Made by a program: the position numbers and the translations under genes. A DNA stretch of 64,000 nucleotides from an uncultured Candidatus Saccharibacteria bacterium. GTDB taxonomy: Bacteria; Patescibacteriota; Minisyncoccia; Phycocordibacterales; UBA9973. Positions 37,922-48,306 of the stretch are shown here, in pieces. Under the pieces are notes generated by a model, which was given only the letters and a program-made list of their open reading frames with translations, was not told where the DNA came from and made no database searches. The first letter of the stretch is position 1; the number at the start of each line of letters is the position of its first letter. The stretch lies in contig CAZFNV010000004.1 in NCBI GenBank assembly GCA_964520225.1, positions 14,520 to 78,519 of the forward strand, in the 5' to 3' direction.

Positions 37922-38137
37922 TTATATTTTCTTAACATTTGAAGCATGAATAGGCATCGCTACATCTACCACCGCACCTTTCTCGCCTGACTTGCGTGGA
38001 CGCCTGTGCTTTTTGCTCATATTCAGCCCTTCGACTATAACTCGATTCTCGCTCGGCATCGCTCGCAAAACCTTGCCCGTTTTGCCACGGTCCTTACCAG
38101 CTATTACTTTTACATTGTCTCCTTTTTTTACGTGCAT
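37922..38137 (-). CDS. rplX: 50S ribosomal protein L24 (short)
   Basis: KOW motif HVKKGDNVKVIAGKDRGKTGKV. Confidence 0.8.
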   Translation of the reverse strand: MHVKKGDNVKVIAGKDRGKTGKVLRAMPSENRVIVEGLNMSKKHRRPRKSGEKGAVVDVAMPIHASNVKKI

Positions 38138-38154
38138 CGTATTTTCTTTATAAA

Positions 38155-38526
38155 TTATATAACTTCAGGCGCAAGTGAGATTATCTTCTGGAAACCTTTC
38201 TCTGCTAATTCGCGAGGTATCGGACCGAATATTCTACCCGCCTTAGGATCCTGCTTGCCTTTCTCCAGTATCACCACAGCGTTGTCGTCAAACCGAATAT
38301 ATGAACCATCTTTACGTCGATATGCGTCTCGAGTGCGCACCACCACTGCCTGATGTACGTCTTTCTTCTTGACTGCCTTGCGTGGACTTGCGACCTTCAC
38401 AGATATTACAACCAAGTCGCCGATCTTCGCGTATCTCTTCTTTGAGGAACCGAGCACCTTGAAAACTGCCCCGAGAGTTCCTCCGGCGTTGTCTGTTATT
38501 TTTACTAAACTTCTTGGTTGAATCAT
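38155..38526 (-). CDS. rplN: 50S ribosomal protein L14
   Basis: MIQPRSLVKITDNAGG... L14 family. Confidence 0.9.
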   Translation of the reverse strand: MIQPRSLVKITDNAGGTLGAVFKVLGSSKKRYAKIGDLVVISVKVASPRKAVKKKDVHQAVVVRTRDAYRRKDGSYIRFDDNAVVILEKGKQDPKAGRIFGPIPRELAEKGFQKIISLAPEVI

Positions 38527-38552
38527 ATGTTTGTGTTACTTGCTTTAATATT

Positions 38553-38795
38553 TTATTCAACGACTTTGAAACGCTTGTCTTTAGAAATAGGTTTGGTCTC
38601 TATTATGGTTACCTTGTCGCCAACTTTATATTTCTTGTTTTCGTCGTGAGCTTTGTATTTTTTATTTACTTTATAGAATTTGCCGTATAGTGGATGCTTG
38701 ATAAAGCGAGACACTGACACAACGACTGTTTTCGCCATCTTGTCGCTCACCACTACTCCTTCTAATGTATTCGTTTTTTTGTTTGTAGTATTCAT
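38553..38795 (-). CDS. rpsQ: 30S ribosomal protein S17
   Basis: [18 protein letters not shown]... OB-fold S17. Confidence 0.85.
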   Translation of the reverse strand: MNTTNKKTNTLEGVVVSDKMAKTVVVSVSRFIKHPLYGKFYKVNKKYKAHDENKKYKVGDKVTIIETKPISKDKRFKVVE

Positions 38796-38800
38796 AAATA

Positions 38801-39223
38801 TTACTTATGTCGCGCGATAACCTTAGCCTTGATAGGAAGCTTGGTGCCCGCCTTGCGAAGAGCCTCGCGCGCTACTTTGTCTTCTGCGCCGTCAACTTCG
38901 AAAATTATTCTTCCAGGAAAAACATCAAAACAGTATCCTTGTGGGTCTCCCTTACCCTTACCCATGCCCACCTCAGCAGCTTTCGCAGTATAAGGCCTGT
39001 CTGGGAAAATACGAATCCAATATTTACCAGTCTTAGTAAGTGTGCGAGAGATCACTTTGCGCGCAGCTTCTATTTGAGCAGAACGAACTCGAGCCTGAGT
39101 TTCTGACTTAAGACCGAAAGATCCGAAGGCAAGCTTGACTCCACGTGAATCTGGGCGCACCGCCTTAGGGTTTGTGCGCTTGGACTGCCATTTTCTAAAT
39201 TTTACTTTTTTTGGTATCAACAT
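38801..39223 (-). CDS. rplP: 50S ribosomal protein L16
   Basis: [11 protein letters not shown]... L16 family. Confidence 0.9.
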   Translation of the reverse strand: MLIPKKVKFRKWQSKRTNPKAVRPDSRGVKLAFGSFGLKSETQARVRSAQIEAARKVISRTLTKTGKYWIRIFPDRPYTAKAAEVGMGKGKGDPQGYCFDVFPGRIIFEVDGAEDKVAREALRKAGTKLPIKAKVIARHK

Positions 39224-39232
39224 AAATATATT

Positions 39233-39931
39233 TTAATCCTTTGGCGTTTCGCTCACTGCCTGTGAACGAGCCACTTTGTCTGCAAATATTTTACCTCGAT
39301 AAATCCAAACCTTGATACCGATAGTGCCGTATGAAAGTGTCGCGCGCTCACGCTTGAAATCTATGTCCGCGCGGAAAGTCTGAAGTGGTATTGAACCACG
39401 CTTGAGCTCTTCGGTGCGGGCGATCTCAGCACCACCTAGGCGTCCAGATAGAACCATGCGCGCACCTTCTACTCCGCGAGCTTGCATCACCTTCTCCATT
39501 AATGTCTTCATAACTCGGCGATATGGCATCCTTTTCTCAAGACCTTCAGCAATCATATACGCCACTATTGCCGCATCTGCTTCGGGATTGCCTACCTCTA
39601 CTATTTCCAGCTTGAAATCTTCTGGCCTTGCGATCCCCAGCTTGTCCATCTTTTTCAAGATATCTTCTTTGAGCTTGGTGGCACCTTCACCGTTGCGACC
39701 TATTACTAGACCAGGCCTGGAAGTTTTCAATATAAAGCGAGTAGCTTTACGAGAGCGCTCTATCTCTACAGAAGAAACATACATGCCACGCAACTTCTTC
39801 TCTAAATACTGGCGGATCAAAACATCACCCCGTAGATATGAAACATATTTTTTAGAATCAGCAAACCACCTAGACTTCCAGTCTCGGAGTATTACTAACC
39901 TATGCGCGTATGGATGAACTGTTTTTGACAT
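39233..39931 (-). CDS. rpsC: 30S ribosomal protein S3
   Basis: KH domain plus S3 C-terminal domain. Confidence 0.9.
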   Translation of the reverse strand: MSKTVHPYAHRLVILRDWKSRWFADSKKYVSYLRGDVLIRQYLEKKLRGMYVSSVEIERSRKATRFILKTSRPGLVIGRNGEGATKLKEDILKKMDKLGIARPEDFKLEIVEVGNPEADAAIVAYMIAEGLEKRMPYRRVMKTLMEKVMQARGVEGARMVLSGRLGGAEIARTEELKRGSIPLQTFRADIDFKRERATLSYGTIGIKVWIYRGKIFADKVARSQAVSETPKD

Positions 39932-39935
39932 AAAA

Positions 39936-40310
39936 TTATTTCTTTATTGTTTTTGCTTTTTTGGTTTTGGTCGGCTTAGCCTTGACTACCCGTTCATCTA
40001 GAACGAGCGCAACATTGCTTGTACGCTTGTTTATTCTATGAGCGCTACCCATAGCTGCAGGCATTATTCGCTTCATCACAATACCTTTATCCACGCGAAG
40101 CTCCTTAACATATAGACTCTCTGCAGAGAGACCGCTATTCTTGGCATTCGCAATCGCAGAAAGCAAAAGCTTTTTTATCGGAGCTGCTGCCCGCTTTGGC
40201 AAAAATGAAAGCGCAGTCACAGCATCTCCTGCGCTCTTCTTCCTGATCAAGCCCGCCACTAGGCGAACCTTTCTTGGAGACTGTCTGTAATTTTTTAAAT
40301 AAGCTTTCAT
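39936..40310 (-). CDS. rplV: 50S ribosomal protein L22
   Basis: MKAYLKNYRQSPRKVRLVAGLIR... L22 family. Confidence 0.85.
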   Translation of the reverse strand: MKAYLKNYRQSPRKVRLVAGLIRKKSAGDAVTALSFLPKRAAAPIKKLLLSAIANAKNSGLSAESLYVKELRVDKGIVMKRIMPAAMGSAHRINKRTSNVALVLDERVVKAKPTKTKKAKTIKK

Positions 40311-40337
40311 TTTTTTATTTATAGTGAGCTTGTCGAA

Positions 40338-40718
40338 CTATTTCTTGGCCGCACCCTTAGCGTCGCTTGCAGTTTCAGTCGCCGCCTTTGCTGCTGCTAT
40401 CTCAGCCTCTTTCTTCTTAGCCTCTAATTCCTTCTGCATCTTACCGCCATGCTTGGTGAATTTCTTGGTTGGTGAGAACTCGCCCAGTCTGTGACCCACC
40501 ATGTCTTCTGTAACCAACACATCTATGTGAGTCTTGCCGTTGTAAACGCCAAAAGTAAAACCGAGCATCTCAGGTGAGATAACACTAGCGCGCTTCCAGG
40601 TCTTGATTGTTGGTGTGGAAAGCGGATTTTTGCCTGCTATCTTCTTTAGCAGTTTTTCGTCTACGAATATTCCTTTTTTGATTGACCTTGTCATATTAAA
40701 ATTACCGTAAGAAAACAA
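40338..40718 (-). CDS. rpsS: 30S ribosomal protein S19 with Ala/Lys-rich C-terminal extension
   Basis: [19 protein letters not shown]... S19. The likely true start is the ATG at about 40694. The C-terminal tail is [25 protein letters not shown]. Confidence 0.9.
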   Translation of the reverse strand: MFSYGNFNMTRSIKKGIFVDEKLLKKIAGKNPLSTPTIKTWKRASVISPEMLGFTFGVYNGKTHIDVLVTEDMVGHRLGEFSPTKKFTKHGGKMQKELEAKKKEAEIAAAKAATETASDAKGAAKK

Positions 40719-40877
40719 AAGAGCTCCTACTAAGAGCCTCGAAACATACTAGCAGATATTGGGTAAAAGTCAAATAAGAAGTTGTGGGAGGCGCGAGGTA
40801 AACTCGCTCGCGCCTACCGGATGATGGGAATGATGGGATCGCCCGAAAGTGGGCAACCACGGAGGAGAAGGAGTGAG

Positions 40878-40961
40878 CTACTTGCCCGCCCCCTGCTGGG
40901 TAGCGCCCGTCTTCTGGCTCTTCGCGACCAGCTTCAACTCCCGCCTGCGCTTCCTGTCCAT
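40878..40961 (-). CDS. 27-aa highly basic peptide ORF (MDRKRRRELKLVAKSQKTGATQQGAGK)
   Basis: ATG lies 5 nt after GGAGGTGA, and that SD overlaps the stop of the preceding small ORF. It is not in the ORF track because it is under 60 aa. Speculative. Confidence 0.3.
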   Translation of the reverse strand: MDRKRRRELKLVAKSQKTGATQQGAGK

Positions 40962-40971
40962 GCTCACCTCC

Positions 40972-41169
40972 TCAGTGAATGTGCTCATCCACGCGAACGA
41001 GCACGAAGGCGTCGTCGTCGAGCGCATCCTTGTGCTCGACGGCCACGAGCTTGTCGTCGTGACCCAACGAGTCCAGGATACGATCCCGGATGGCAGCGCG
41101 CTTGTAACGCGCATTGCAACGGACCTCTTCTCGGTCGCACTTACGATCACTCTTGTGAGAGTGTGCCAT
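40972..41169 (-). CDS. 65-aa charged Cys/His-containing small protein of unknown function
   Basis: ATG lies 8 nt after AGGTGGGGGA. Protein is MAHSHKSDRKCDREEVRCNARYKRAAIRDRILDSLGHDDKLVAVEHKDALDDDAFVLVRVDEHIH. Codon usage is GC-rich. Confidence 0.4.
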   Translation of the reverse strand: MAHSHKSDRKCDREEVRCNARYKRAAIRDRILDSLGHDDKLVAVEHKDALDDDAFVLVRVDEHIH

Positions 41170-41294
41170 GTTGACGTCCCCCACCTGTTGGGCTAACTTT
41201 AAACACGAGACCTACTCGTGAGTAAACTTAGCGCACAAAGAACAGGTATGCGTATTAGGGTAAAACTTTTTGAAAAGTGTGTCAAGTAAAATTG

Positions 41295-41325
41295 TGTAAA
41301 AACTAAAATTACACAGGGTTCCCCT
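41295..41325 (-). terminator. Intrinsic terminator-like hairpin immediately after rplB
   Basis: Perfect 14-bp stem aaaattacacaggg/ccctgtgtaatttt with a 3-nt loop and a flanking U-run. Confidence 0.5.
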
Positions 41326-41365
41326 GTGTAATTTTTTACTTGTAGCAAGCTTGTCGAGCTATTTT

Positions 41366-42205
41366 TTATTTATTCTTTCCTGTCTTTCTTCGGCTAACAA
41401 TAAATATGTTTGAGTACTTTTTAGGAGTTCGAGTTTTTCTTCCACCAGTAACCTTACCCCACATAGTCTTCGGGCGCTTGGTGCCTCGGCCTTGCCTACC
41501 TTCACCTCCACCATATGGGTGGTCCACTGGGTTCATGGCTGTTCCGCGCACTGTAGGGCGAATACCCTTCCAGCGACTTCGTCCTGCCTTACCAAAGTTT
41601 TCTAGATGATGTTCTTCATTTGAAACTGAACCCACAGAAGCCCAAGAATTTTCATTGATCTTACGTACCTCAGTAGAAGGCATCTTGATGTTGGTGTAGC
41701 CCTCAGCGTTCGCTACCACCTGCGCGAATATTCCGGCACTGCGAGCCACCTTTGCTCCACCTTGTGGCTTGATTTCAATATTGTAAACAAATGTTCCTAC
41801 TGGTATTTCTTTGAGTGGAAGCCTGTTCCCGGCCTTAAGCTCTGCTTTTTCTGAGACGATAAAAGTGTCTCCTGGCTTTACTGATTGCGGTAATATCACA
41901 TACCTCTTCTCGCCGTCCTTATAAACTGCAAGACCGATGAATGCGGAGCGATTCGGATCATACTCCACTGACTTCACAGTAGCTTCGATATTTTTCTTGT
42001 CATATAGAAAGTCCACATCACGATAAAGACGCTTGTGCCCTCCCCCTTTGTGACGCATAGTAATACGTCCTTGGCTGTTGCGGCCTACGGCTCGCTTCCA
42101 ACCCTTGACTAAAGATTTGGTCGGCGCAGTTTTAGTCAGAACATCACGATAGTTGATGTTGGACATCTGCCTTCTCGATTTAGTTGTAGGTCGATATGTT
42201 TTCAT
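41366..42205 (-). CDS. rplB: 50S ribosomal protein L2
   Basis: L2 N- and C-terminal domains (...GGGHKRLYR..., ...HPYGGGEGR...). Confidence 0.95.
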   Translation of the reverse strand: MKTYRPTTKSRRQMSNINYRDVLTKTAPTKSLVKGWKRAVGRNSQGRITMRHKGGGHKRLYRDVDFLYDKKNIEATVKSVEYDPNRSAFIGLAVYKDGEKRYVILPQSVKPGDTFIVSEKAELKAGNRLPLKEIPVGTFVYNIEIKPQGGAKVARSAGIFAQVVANAEGYTNIKMPSTEVRKINENSWASVGSVSNEEHHLENFGKAGRSRWKGIRPTVRGTAMNPVDHPYGGGEGRQGRGTKRPKTMWGKVTGGRKTRTPKKYSNIFIVSRRKTGKNK

Positions 42206-42207
42206 AT

Positions 42208-42480
42208 TTATTTTGCAACTTCTATCTTATCTCCTGTCTTTAAATAGACTACGGCTTTCCTGCCCCCGCCTCGTACTCCAGGCTTACCGCGCAAGAACAC
42301 TTTCTTCGAGGGCACCCCGAGCACATTCACGCGCACAGGTTTTACTTTGTAGAGCTTGAATACTTCTTTCTTAATCTCTGTCTTGTTCGCATTTGTGGAA
42401 ACATCGAAAGTATAAGCATTCATGCCTTCTAACATGGAAGACTTCTCGGTAACTCTAGGATTTTTGATCATTGTTGTCAT
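42208..42480 (-). CDS. rplW: 50S ribosomal protein L23
   Basis: 90-aa L23 family protein between rplD and rplB. Confidence 0.85.
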   Translation of the reverse strand: MTTMIKNPRVTEKSSMLEGMNAYTFDVSTNANKTEIKKEVFKLYKVKPVRVNVLGVPSKKVFLRGKPGVRGGGRKAVVYLKTGDKIEVAK

Positions 42481-42491
42481 GGCAGTAAAGA

Positions 42492-43154
42492 TTATGCGCG
42501 AGATTCTAAGAATTTTACACTTTCGACCGGGTTCTCAATAAGTAAATATTTGTAATTCAAGGCATCCATCGGATTTAGATTTTTCAAAAATGCTATCTCG
42601 AGAGCCGAAATATTGCGAAAACTCTTCTCCGTCTTAGGCTCACGACCGGAAAGTGCAACCAATATTTTAGGCTTGGAAACTTTCTTTGCTGGAATTTTTA
42701 GATCAAGCGCATCCTTTATATTCTCTACTACTTTCACCGCGTCTTTTGTCTTGATAGAAGAAGGAGCTAGTGTATCTACGAAAATTATTTCGCCGTCTTT
42801 TAACTTACGAGATAGAACTGAGAACAAAGCCTGCGCACGCATAGATTTAGAAATTTTCCTCTTATAGTTCTTCTCGGCAAGAGGGCCGTGGGTTACGCCT
42901 CCACCCACCCAAATAGGTGATCGTGTTGAGCCGTGTCTGGCACGACCAGTACCCTTCTGTTTCCAAGGCTTACGCCCCCCGCCACGAACTTCTCCACGAT
43001 CTTTAGTATCAGCAGTACCAGCGCGTTTGTTGCTACGCATGCTCTCTACAACCTGGTGCACCAAGTCAGCACGCCACTTAGCGCCAAAAACTTTTTCCGG
43101 AAGTTCTACTGTTCCTGCCTCCTTGCCTTTTTGGTTGTAAATTTTTGCTTGCAT
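42492..43154 (-). CDS. rplD: 50S ribosomal protein L4
   Basis: L4 family (...RGGGRKPWKQKGTGRARHGS...). Confidence 0.9.
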   Translation of the reverse strand: MQAKIYNQKGKEAGTVELPEKVFGAKWRADLVHQVVESMRSNKRAGTADTKDRGEVRGGGRKPWKQKGTGRARHGSTRSPIWVGGGVTHGPLAEKNYKRKISKSMRAQALFSVLSRKLKDGEIIFVDTLAPSSIKTKDAVKVVENIKDALDLKIPAKKVSKPKILVALSGREPKTEKSFRNISALEIAFLKNLNPMDALNYKYLLIENPVESVKFLESRA

Positions 43155-43768
43155 TATCTTGAAATTATTTCCACTAAACTTCCGCGACGGCCAGCCAGCG
43201 CTCCTTTAATAAGTAAAAGATTATTTTCTTTATCTACCAGCACTACCTTCAGGTTCTTCTGGGTAATTCTGTCACCTCCCATACGTCCCGCCATGCGCAT
43301 GCCCTTCGGCACATGAGTGCGGAGCCCTCCACCAATAGAACCCGGCTCACGCTCAGAATGCTTCTGGCCGTGAGTACGTGGACCACCAGCGAAACCATGA
43401 CGCTTGACCACACCCTGAAAACCCTTACCTTTAGATACACTGGTGACTTGTAGTTTGTCTCCCGGAGCAAATACGGACACATCTATCACATCCCCTTCTT
43501 TGTTTTCGTTCTTATCGCCATCTTTGAGTCGAAATTCTTTTATGGTTTGGAAAATTCCACCCTTTACCGCGCCACGCACAGCTTTACTTACATTCTTCTC
43601 TTTCCCCACACCGAAACCAACCTGCACTGACTCATAACCATCTTTTTCTTTCGAAAAGACGCGCGTAACAGTCACTGGTCCGGCAGAAACAATAGTCACA
43701 GGAACAACTTCACCTTCTGGTGAAAAATATTCTGTCATCTCTTCTTTTTTACCTAGAATAAATTTCAT
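43154..43768 (-). CDS. rplC: 50S ribosomal protein L3
   Basis: L3 family (...FQGVVKRHGFAGGPRTHGQ...). Confidence 0.9.
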   Translation of the reverse strand: MKFILGKKEEMTEYFSPEGEVVPVTIVSAGPVTVTRVFSKEKDGYESVQVGFGVGKEKNVSKAVRGAVKGGIFQTIKEFRLKDGDKNENKEGDVIDVSVFAPGDKLQVTSVSKGKGFQGVVKRHGFAGGPRTHGQKHSEREPGSIGGGLRTHVPKGMRMAGRMGGDRITQKNLKVVLVDKENNLLLIKGALAGRRGSLVEIISR

Positions 43769-43773
43769 AGAAT

Positions 43774-44160
43774 TTAGAGCATTTTTACGTCGATATCTAC
43801 ACCTGAAGGCAAAGATAAATTGGTCAAAGACTCAACGGTCTTTGCATTTGGATTAACTATGTCTATTAGGCGCTTGTGCACTCGCACCTCGAACTGCTCA
43901 CGCGCATTCTTGTAGATGAATGGTGAGCGGTTCACGGTATATTTCTTTATTTCAGTAGGCAGTGGCATAGGACCGACTATCTTAGCATCGTGCCTAGTCG
44001 CCGTATCCATTATTTGTTTGACAGACGCATCGAGTATCTTGCTCTCGTAAGCACGAACTCGAATACGAAGTACAACTCGGTCATCTCCTTTCTTTGAGAC
44101 TTTCGAATCTTTCACAGTCTTCCCAGACGTTTTCTTTACTTTTGTTTCTGTTGTTGTCAT
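43774..44160 (-). CDS. rpsJ: 30S ribosomal protein S10 with ~25-aa basic N-terminal extension
   Basis: ...[23 protein letters not shown]... S10 core. Confidence 0.9.
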   Translation of the reverse strand: MTTTETKVKKTSGKTVKDSKVSKKGDDRVVLRIRVRAYESKILDASVKQIMDTATRHDAKIVGPMPLPTEIKKYTVNRSPFIYKNAREQFEVRVHKRLIDIVNPNAKTVESLTNLSLPSGVDIDVKML

Positions 44161-44200
44161 TGTACTTTTGTTTTACCTAACCTTTCCCTGCCTAATATTT

Positions 44201-45391
44201 CTAGCCTAGAATTTTGGTTACAACTCCCGCGCCAACTGTCTTACCTCCTTCACGAATAGCAAACTTCTGTGATTCTTCGAGAGCCACTGGAGTTACAAGC
44301 TTAACTGTAATCTTAACTGTATCTCCCGGCATCACCATCTCCTTACCCTCTTCTAGGGTCACATCACCAGTCACATCAGTTGTTCTGATATAGAACTGTG
44401 GTTTGTAACCTTTGAAGAATGGAGTGTGACGACCACCTTCCTCTTTCTTCAAAACATAGATTTCTGCGGTAAAGTTGTCGTGTGGAGTAGTGGTACCTGG
44501 CTTACAGATAACTTGTCCACGGGTAATGTCTTCTTTCTTAAGACCTCGGAGGAGTATTCCAGCGTTGTCGCCAGCCATACCTTCCTGCAGGTTTTTGTTG
44601 AACATTTCGATACCAGTAACAGTAGTTTTCTGAGTAGCTTTAATACCAACTATTTCTACGTCTTCACCTACTTTCACCACACCACGCTCGATCTTACCAG
44701 TAACCACAGTACCTCGCCCTTCGATAGAGAATATGTCTTCGACTGGCATAAGGAATGGCTTAGCAGTGTCACGAACAGGGATAGGAATGTATGTATCGAG
44801 AGCATTTACAAGCTCAAGAACTTTCTTCGCCCATTCATCGTCAGCAGACTTAGCTTCAAGGGCTTTTAGTCCAGAACCACGAATGACAGGACAATCCTTG
44901 TCGAAGCCCTGCTTCGCAAGAAGTTCGCGGATCTCTTCTTCCACGAGGTCGATCATGTCTTTATCATCTACCATGTCGCACTTGTTCAAGAATACGATTA
45001 TCTTCGGCACACCAACTTGCTTTGCAAGGAGAACGTGCTCTCGAGTCTGTGGCATCGCACCGTCAGTAGCTGCAACCACGAGGATTGCGCCGTCCATTTG
45101 CGCTGCACCGGTGATCATGTTCTTGATGTAGTCAGCGTGACCAGGGGCGTCGATGTGTGCGTAGTGACGAGCCGCGGTAGAGTACTCGTTGTGAGAAATG
45201 TTAATAGTAATACCACGAGCTTTTTCCTCAGGAGCGTTGTCGATCTGATCAACACCTTTTAGCTTAACAGTTTGCCCCGCCATGTTAAGAACATGAAGGA
45301 TCGCTGCTGTTAGAGTAGTCTTACCATGGTCAACGTGACCGATGGTGCCCACGTTTACGTGTGGCTTGTCTCTCTTAAATTCTTCTGCCAT
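44201..45391 (-). CDS. tuf: Elongation factor Tu
   Basis: [19 protein letters not shown] motifs. Confidence 0.95.
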   Translation of the reverse strand: MAEEFKRDKPHVNVGTIGHVDHGKTTLTAAILHVLNMAGQTVKLKGVDQIDNAPEEKARGITINISHNEYSTAARHYAHIDAPGHADYIKNMITGAAQMDGAILVVAATDGAMPQTREHVLLAKQVGVPKIIVFLNKCDMVDDKDMIDLVEEEIRELLAKQGFDKDCPVIRGSGLKALEAKSADDEWAKKVLELVNALDTYIPIPVRDTAKPFLMPVEDIFSIEGRGTVVTGKIERGVVKVGEDVEIVGIKATQKTTVTGIEMFNKNLQEGMAGDNAGILLRGLKKEDITRGQVICKPGTTTPHDNFTAEIYVLKKEEGGRHTPFFKGYKPQFYIRTTDVTGDVTLEEGKEMVMPGDTVKITVKLVTPVALEESQKFAIREGGKTVGAGVVTKILG

Positions 45392-45602
45392 ATTTTTACT
45401 TTGGTTAACAACTGAGACTCAACATACGAGATCTCGCTTGTCGCGAAAACTGCTGAGGCTCAATTACTAACTTAAATTAATTAAACTAATAATAAATTCC
45501 CTCTTTAAACGCCCCACCCTAAGTGTAGGCAAAACAAAAACTGCCAAAAGTGCAGTTATTTAGATATTAGCAGATTACCCGCTAATGTCAATATACTGCA
45601 AA

Positions 45603-47750
45603 TTACTTCCTCCCTGCGATTATTGTGTCGGCCACGTTCTGTGGCACGATATCGTAGCGGAAGAATTCCATAGTGAATGAGGCACGGCCTTCAGTCATCG
45701 AACGTAGGCCTGTCATGTAGCCAAACATTTCAGAAAGAGGCACCACGGCCTTGATTACTTTATTCATACCACGATCCTCCATACCCTCGATGAGAGCTCG
45801 CTTAGAGGATAAGTTACCCGTTACGTCACCCATGAATTTTTCTGGAGTCACAACCTCTACCTTCATCATAGGTTCAAGGATAACCGGCTTTGCTCGTTTA
45901 CATGCGTCCTGTATAGCCATCGAAGCTGCAATCTTGAACGCCATCTCGTTTGAGTCAACTTCGTGATAACTACCATCCCAAAGATCCACGGACACGTTGA
46001 CCATCTTGAATCCTGCGAGGACCCCGCGATCAAGACCTTCTTTGAATCCCTTCTCGCAAGGCGCAATGTACTCCTGCGGAATCACGCCACCTTTGATAGA
46101 ATTTATGAATTCGAAACCAACTGAACGCTTCACGTTCTTCGGCAAATCCTCTATCTCCTCCTTGGTTAGCATTTCCATTGGCTTTACTTTGATCTTTACG
46201 TGACCATAGTTACCGCGTCCGCCAGACTGCTTGATGTATTTACCTTCTGCGTCAGAATTACCAGTAATGGTTTCTCGGTATGCTACTTGCGGTTTACCCA
46301 CATTGGCCTCCACCGCAAATTCTCGCTTCATACGGTCCACGATAATTTCTAGGTGAAGCTCACCCATTCCCGCAATGATAGTCTCCCCTGTTTCTTGGTC
46401 AGTAGACACTTTGAAAGTCGGGTCTTCTTGGGCGAGACGGTTTAAAGCCATACCCATTTTTTCTTGATCGGCTTTGGTCTTAGGTTCAATACGTAGAGAG
46501 ATAACTGGCTCTGGGAAAACTATGCGGTCGAGCTCAACAGCGCTACCTTCATCACAAAGAGTATCGGAAGTTATTGTGTCTTTAAGGCCAACAGCGGCTG
46601 CGATTTCACCAGCGAAAACTTTCTTCACTTCTTCTCGGTCATTGGCATGCATTCTTAAAATTCGGCCAATGCGTTCTTTGTTACGAGTGCGTGGATTGTA
46701 TATGTAGCTTCCAGCAGTAAGTGTCCCAGAATATACTCGGAAGAATATGAGCTGACCCACAAATGGATCTGAGGCCACTTTGAAAGCTAAAGCCGCGAAA
46801 GGCTCTGCATCAGAAGAGTGACGAACTACAGGCTCTTCTGTGTCTGGATTAATACCAGAGATTGCAGGTATGTCAGTCGGAGCCGGCAAGTAGTCCACCA
46901 CCGCGTCGAGCACTAGCTGAACACCCTTATTCTTGAGAGCTGATCCTGCGAAAACTGGAAAAATTTCGTTAGCGATAACTGCTTTACGCAAAGTCTTCTT
47001 AAGAACATCAATGTCTGGCACAATGCCTTCGAGATATTCAGTCATCATGGCATCGTCGGTCTCGACAATCTTCTCGACAAGTTGAGAGCGATATTTTTCA
47101 GCGTCAGCTTTTAGTTCTTCTGGAATATCTTTCTCCACCACTTGGTTACCCATCTCACCTTCGAAATAGTAAGCCTTCATGCGAAGCAGGTCTACTACGC
47201 CCTCGAATTTTTCTTCGAGTCCAATAGGTATCTGCACACGCACAGCTTTCTTGCTCAAGCGATCAATAATAGTTGCAAAAGAGTGTTCAAAAGATGCACC
47301 AGTGCGGTCAAGCTTGTTAATGAAGCAAACCCTAGGAACTTTCGCTTCGTCGGCATAGCGCCAGTTGGTTTCAGACTGTGGCTCTACGCCCGCCACCCCG
47401 TCAAACACCACTACTGCGCCATCTAACACACGTAGTGACCTCTTCACCTCGACAGTAAAGTCAATGTGGCCAGGAGTATCAATGATATTGAAACGATGTT
47501 TTAGATTTTTATTTTTCAAATCATACGTCGGAGTCCAGAAACACGTCACCGCCGCTGAAGTAATAGTGATCCCGCGTTCGCGCTCCTGCTCCATCCAGTC
47601 GGTAGTTGTCTCGCCATCATGAACTTCACCTATTTTATGCGAAACACCAGTATAAAAAAGCACACGCTCAGTCGTTGTGGTTTTACCCGCATCGATGTGG
47701 GCAATGATTCCAAAATTTCTAACTTTTTCTAGTGGATAATCGCGTTCCAT
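45603..47750 (-). CDS. fusA: Elongation factor G
   Basis: [19 protein letters not shown] motifs, five-domain architecture. Confidence 0.95.
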   Translation of the reverse strand: MERDYPLEKVRNFGIIAHIDAGKTTTTERVLFYTGVSHKIGEVHDGETTTDWMEQERERGITITSAAVTCFWTPTYDLKNKNLKHRFNIIDTPGHIDFTVEVKRSLRVLDGAVVVFDGVAGVEPQSETNWRYADEAKVPRVCFINKLDRTGASFEHSFATIIDRLSKKAVRVQIPIGLEEKFEGVVDLLRMKAYYFEGEMGNQVVEKDIPEELKADAEKYRSQLVEKIVETDDAMMTEYLEGIVPDIDVLKKTLRKAVIANEIFPVFAGSALKNKGVQLVLDAVVDYLPAPTDIPAISGINPDTEEPVVRHSSDAEPFAALAFKVASDPFVGQLIFFRVYSGTLTAGSYIYNPRTRNKERIGRILRMHANDREEVKKVFAGEIAAAVGLKDTITSDTLCDEGSAVELDRIVFPEPVISLRIEPKTKADQEKMGMALNRLAQEDPTFKVSTDQETGETIIAGMGELHLEIIVDRMKREFAVEANVGKPQVAYRETITGNSDAEGKYIKQSGGRGNYGHVKIKVKPMEMLTKEEIEDLPKNVKRSVGFEFINSIKGGVIPQEYIAPCEKGFKEGLDRGVLAGFKMVNVSVDLWDGSYHEVDSNEMAFKIAASMAIQDACKRAKPVILEPMMKVEVVTPEKFMGDVTGNLSSKRALIEGMEDRGMNKVIKAVVPLSEMFGYMTGLRSMTEGRASFTMEFFRYDIVPQNVADTIIAGRK

Positions 47751-47762
47751 ATGTGAGTTATA

Positions 47763-48233
47763 TTACCACGCGAAGTGAGCAAAAGCTTTGTTGGCCTCGG
47801 CCATCTTGTGGGTATCATCTTTTTTCTTAATAGCAGAACCTTCGTTCTTCGAAGCAGCGATGAGCTCATCAGCAAGCTTTATGTGCATAGGCCTACCCTT
47901 GCCTCCCCTAGCAGCGTCCCTGATCCAGCGCATAGCGAGCGCCAATCTGCGCTCTGCGCGAACTTCTACCGGAACCTGATAGTTCGCCCCACCGATTCTT
48001 TTTGATCGCACCTCTGTCGCAGGACCTGCGTTCCTAATCGCGAGCTCAAAAACTTCAAGCGGGTTAGGGTTGCCAGTTTTTTCTTTCATTAGATCAAAAG
48101 CACGATAAACTACCTTGCGAGCAGTCTCCTTCTTACCTGACCACATGACATAGTTTATAAACTTCTCTAATTTTTGAGAGTTATATGTAAAATCCGGCTC
48201 AATGACTTTTTTGTTTTTTATTCTCCTTCGCAT
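47763..48233 (-). CDS. rpsG: 30S ribosomal protein S7
   Basis: S7 family. Confidence 0.9.
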   Translation of the reverse strand: MRRRIKNKKVIEPDFTYNSQKLEKFINYVMWSGKKETARKVVYRAFDLMKEKTGNPNPLEVFELAIRNAGPATEVRSKRIGGANYQVPVEVRAERRLALAMRWIRDAARGGKGRPMHIKLADELIAASKNEGSAIKKKDDTHKMAEANKAFAHFAW

Positions 48234-48306
48234 CCCGTACTAAAAATTTAAATAATAATGTTTATCTTGATGTCCCGTAATCAAAATTTTAGTACGGGAC
48301 AAGTAT

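Larger units (their letters stand above)
40780..41330 (-). other. GC-rich (~60% versus ~40%) self-contained cassette inserted between rplB and rpsS
   Basis: Strong compositional shift. Read 5' to 3' on the minus strand it has a 14-bp terminator hairpin after rplB, a TTGACA -35-like box, two GGAGG-SD-led small ORFs and a GC-rich hairpin terminator. Confidence 0.5.

Noticed and set aside
40782-41196. 130-aa and 115-aa plus-strand ORFs in the GC-rich island
   Set aside because: Arg/Pro-rich translations typical of the wrong strand or frame of GC-rich DNA. The operon-sense strand carries SD-led ORFs instead.
40719-41365. Considered a group I or II intron or intein for the rplB-rpsS insertion
   Set aside because: The insertion is intergenic, far too short for a group II intron, and the flanking genes are intact. 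The SD-led ORFs and terminator or promoter elements fit a small expression cassette better.
44426-45262. Several 80-147-aa plus-strand ORFs
   Set aside because: Antisense shadow ORFs inside tuf.
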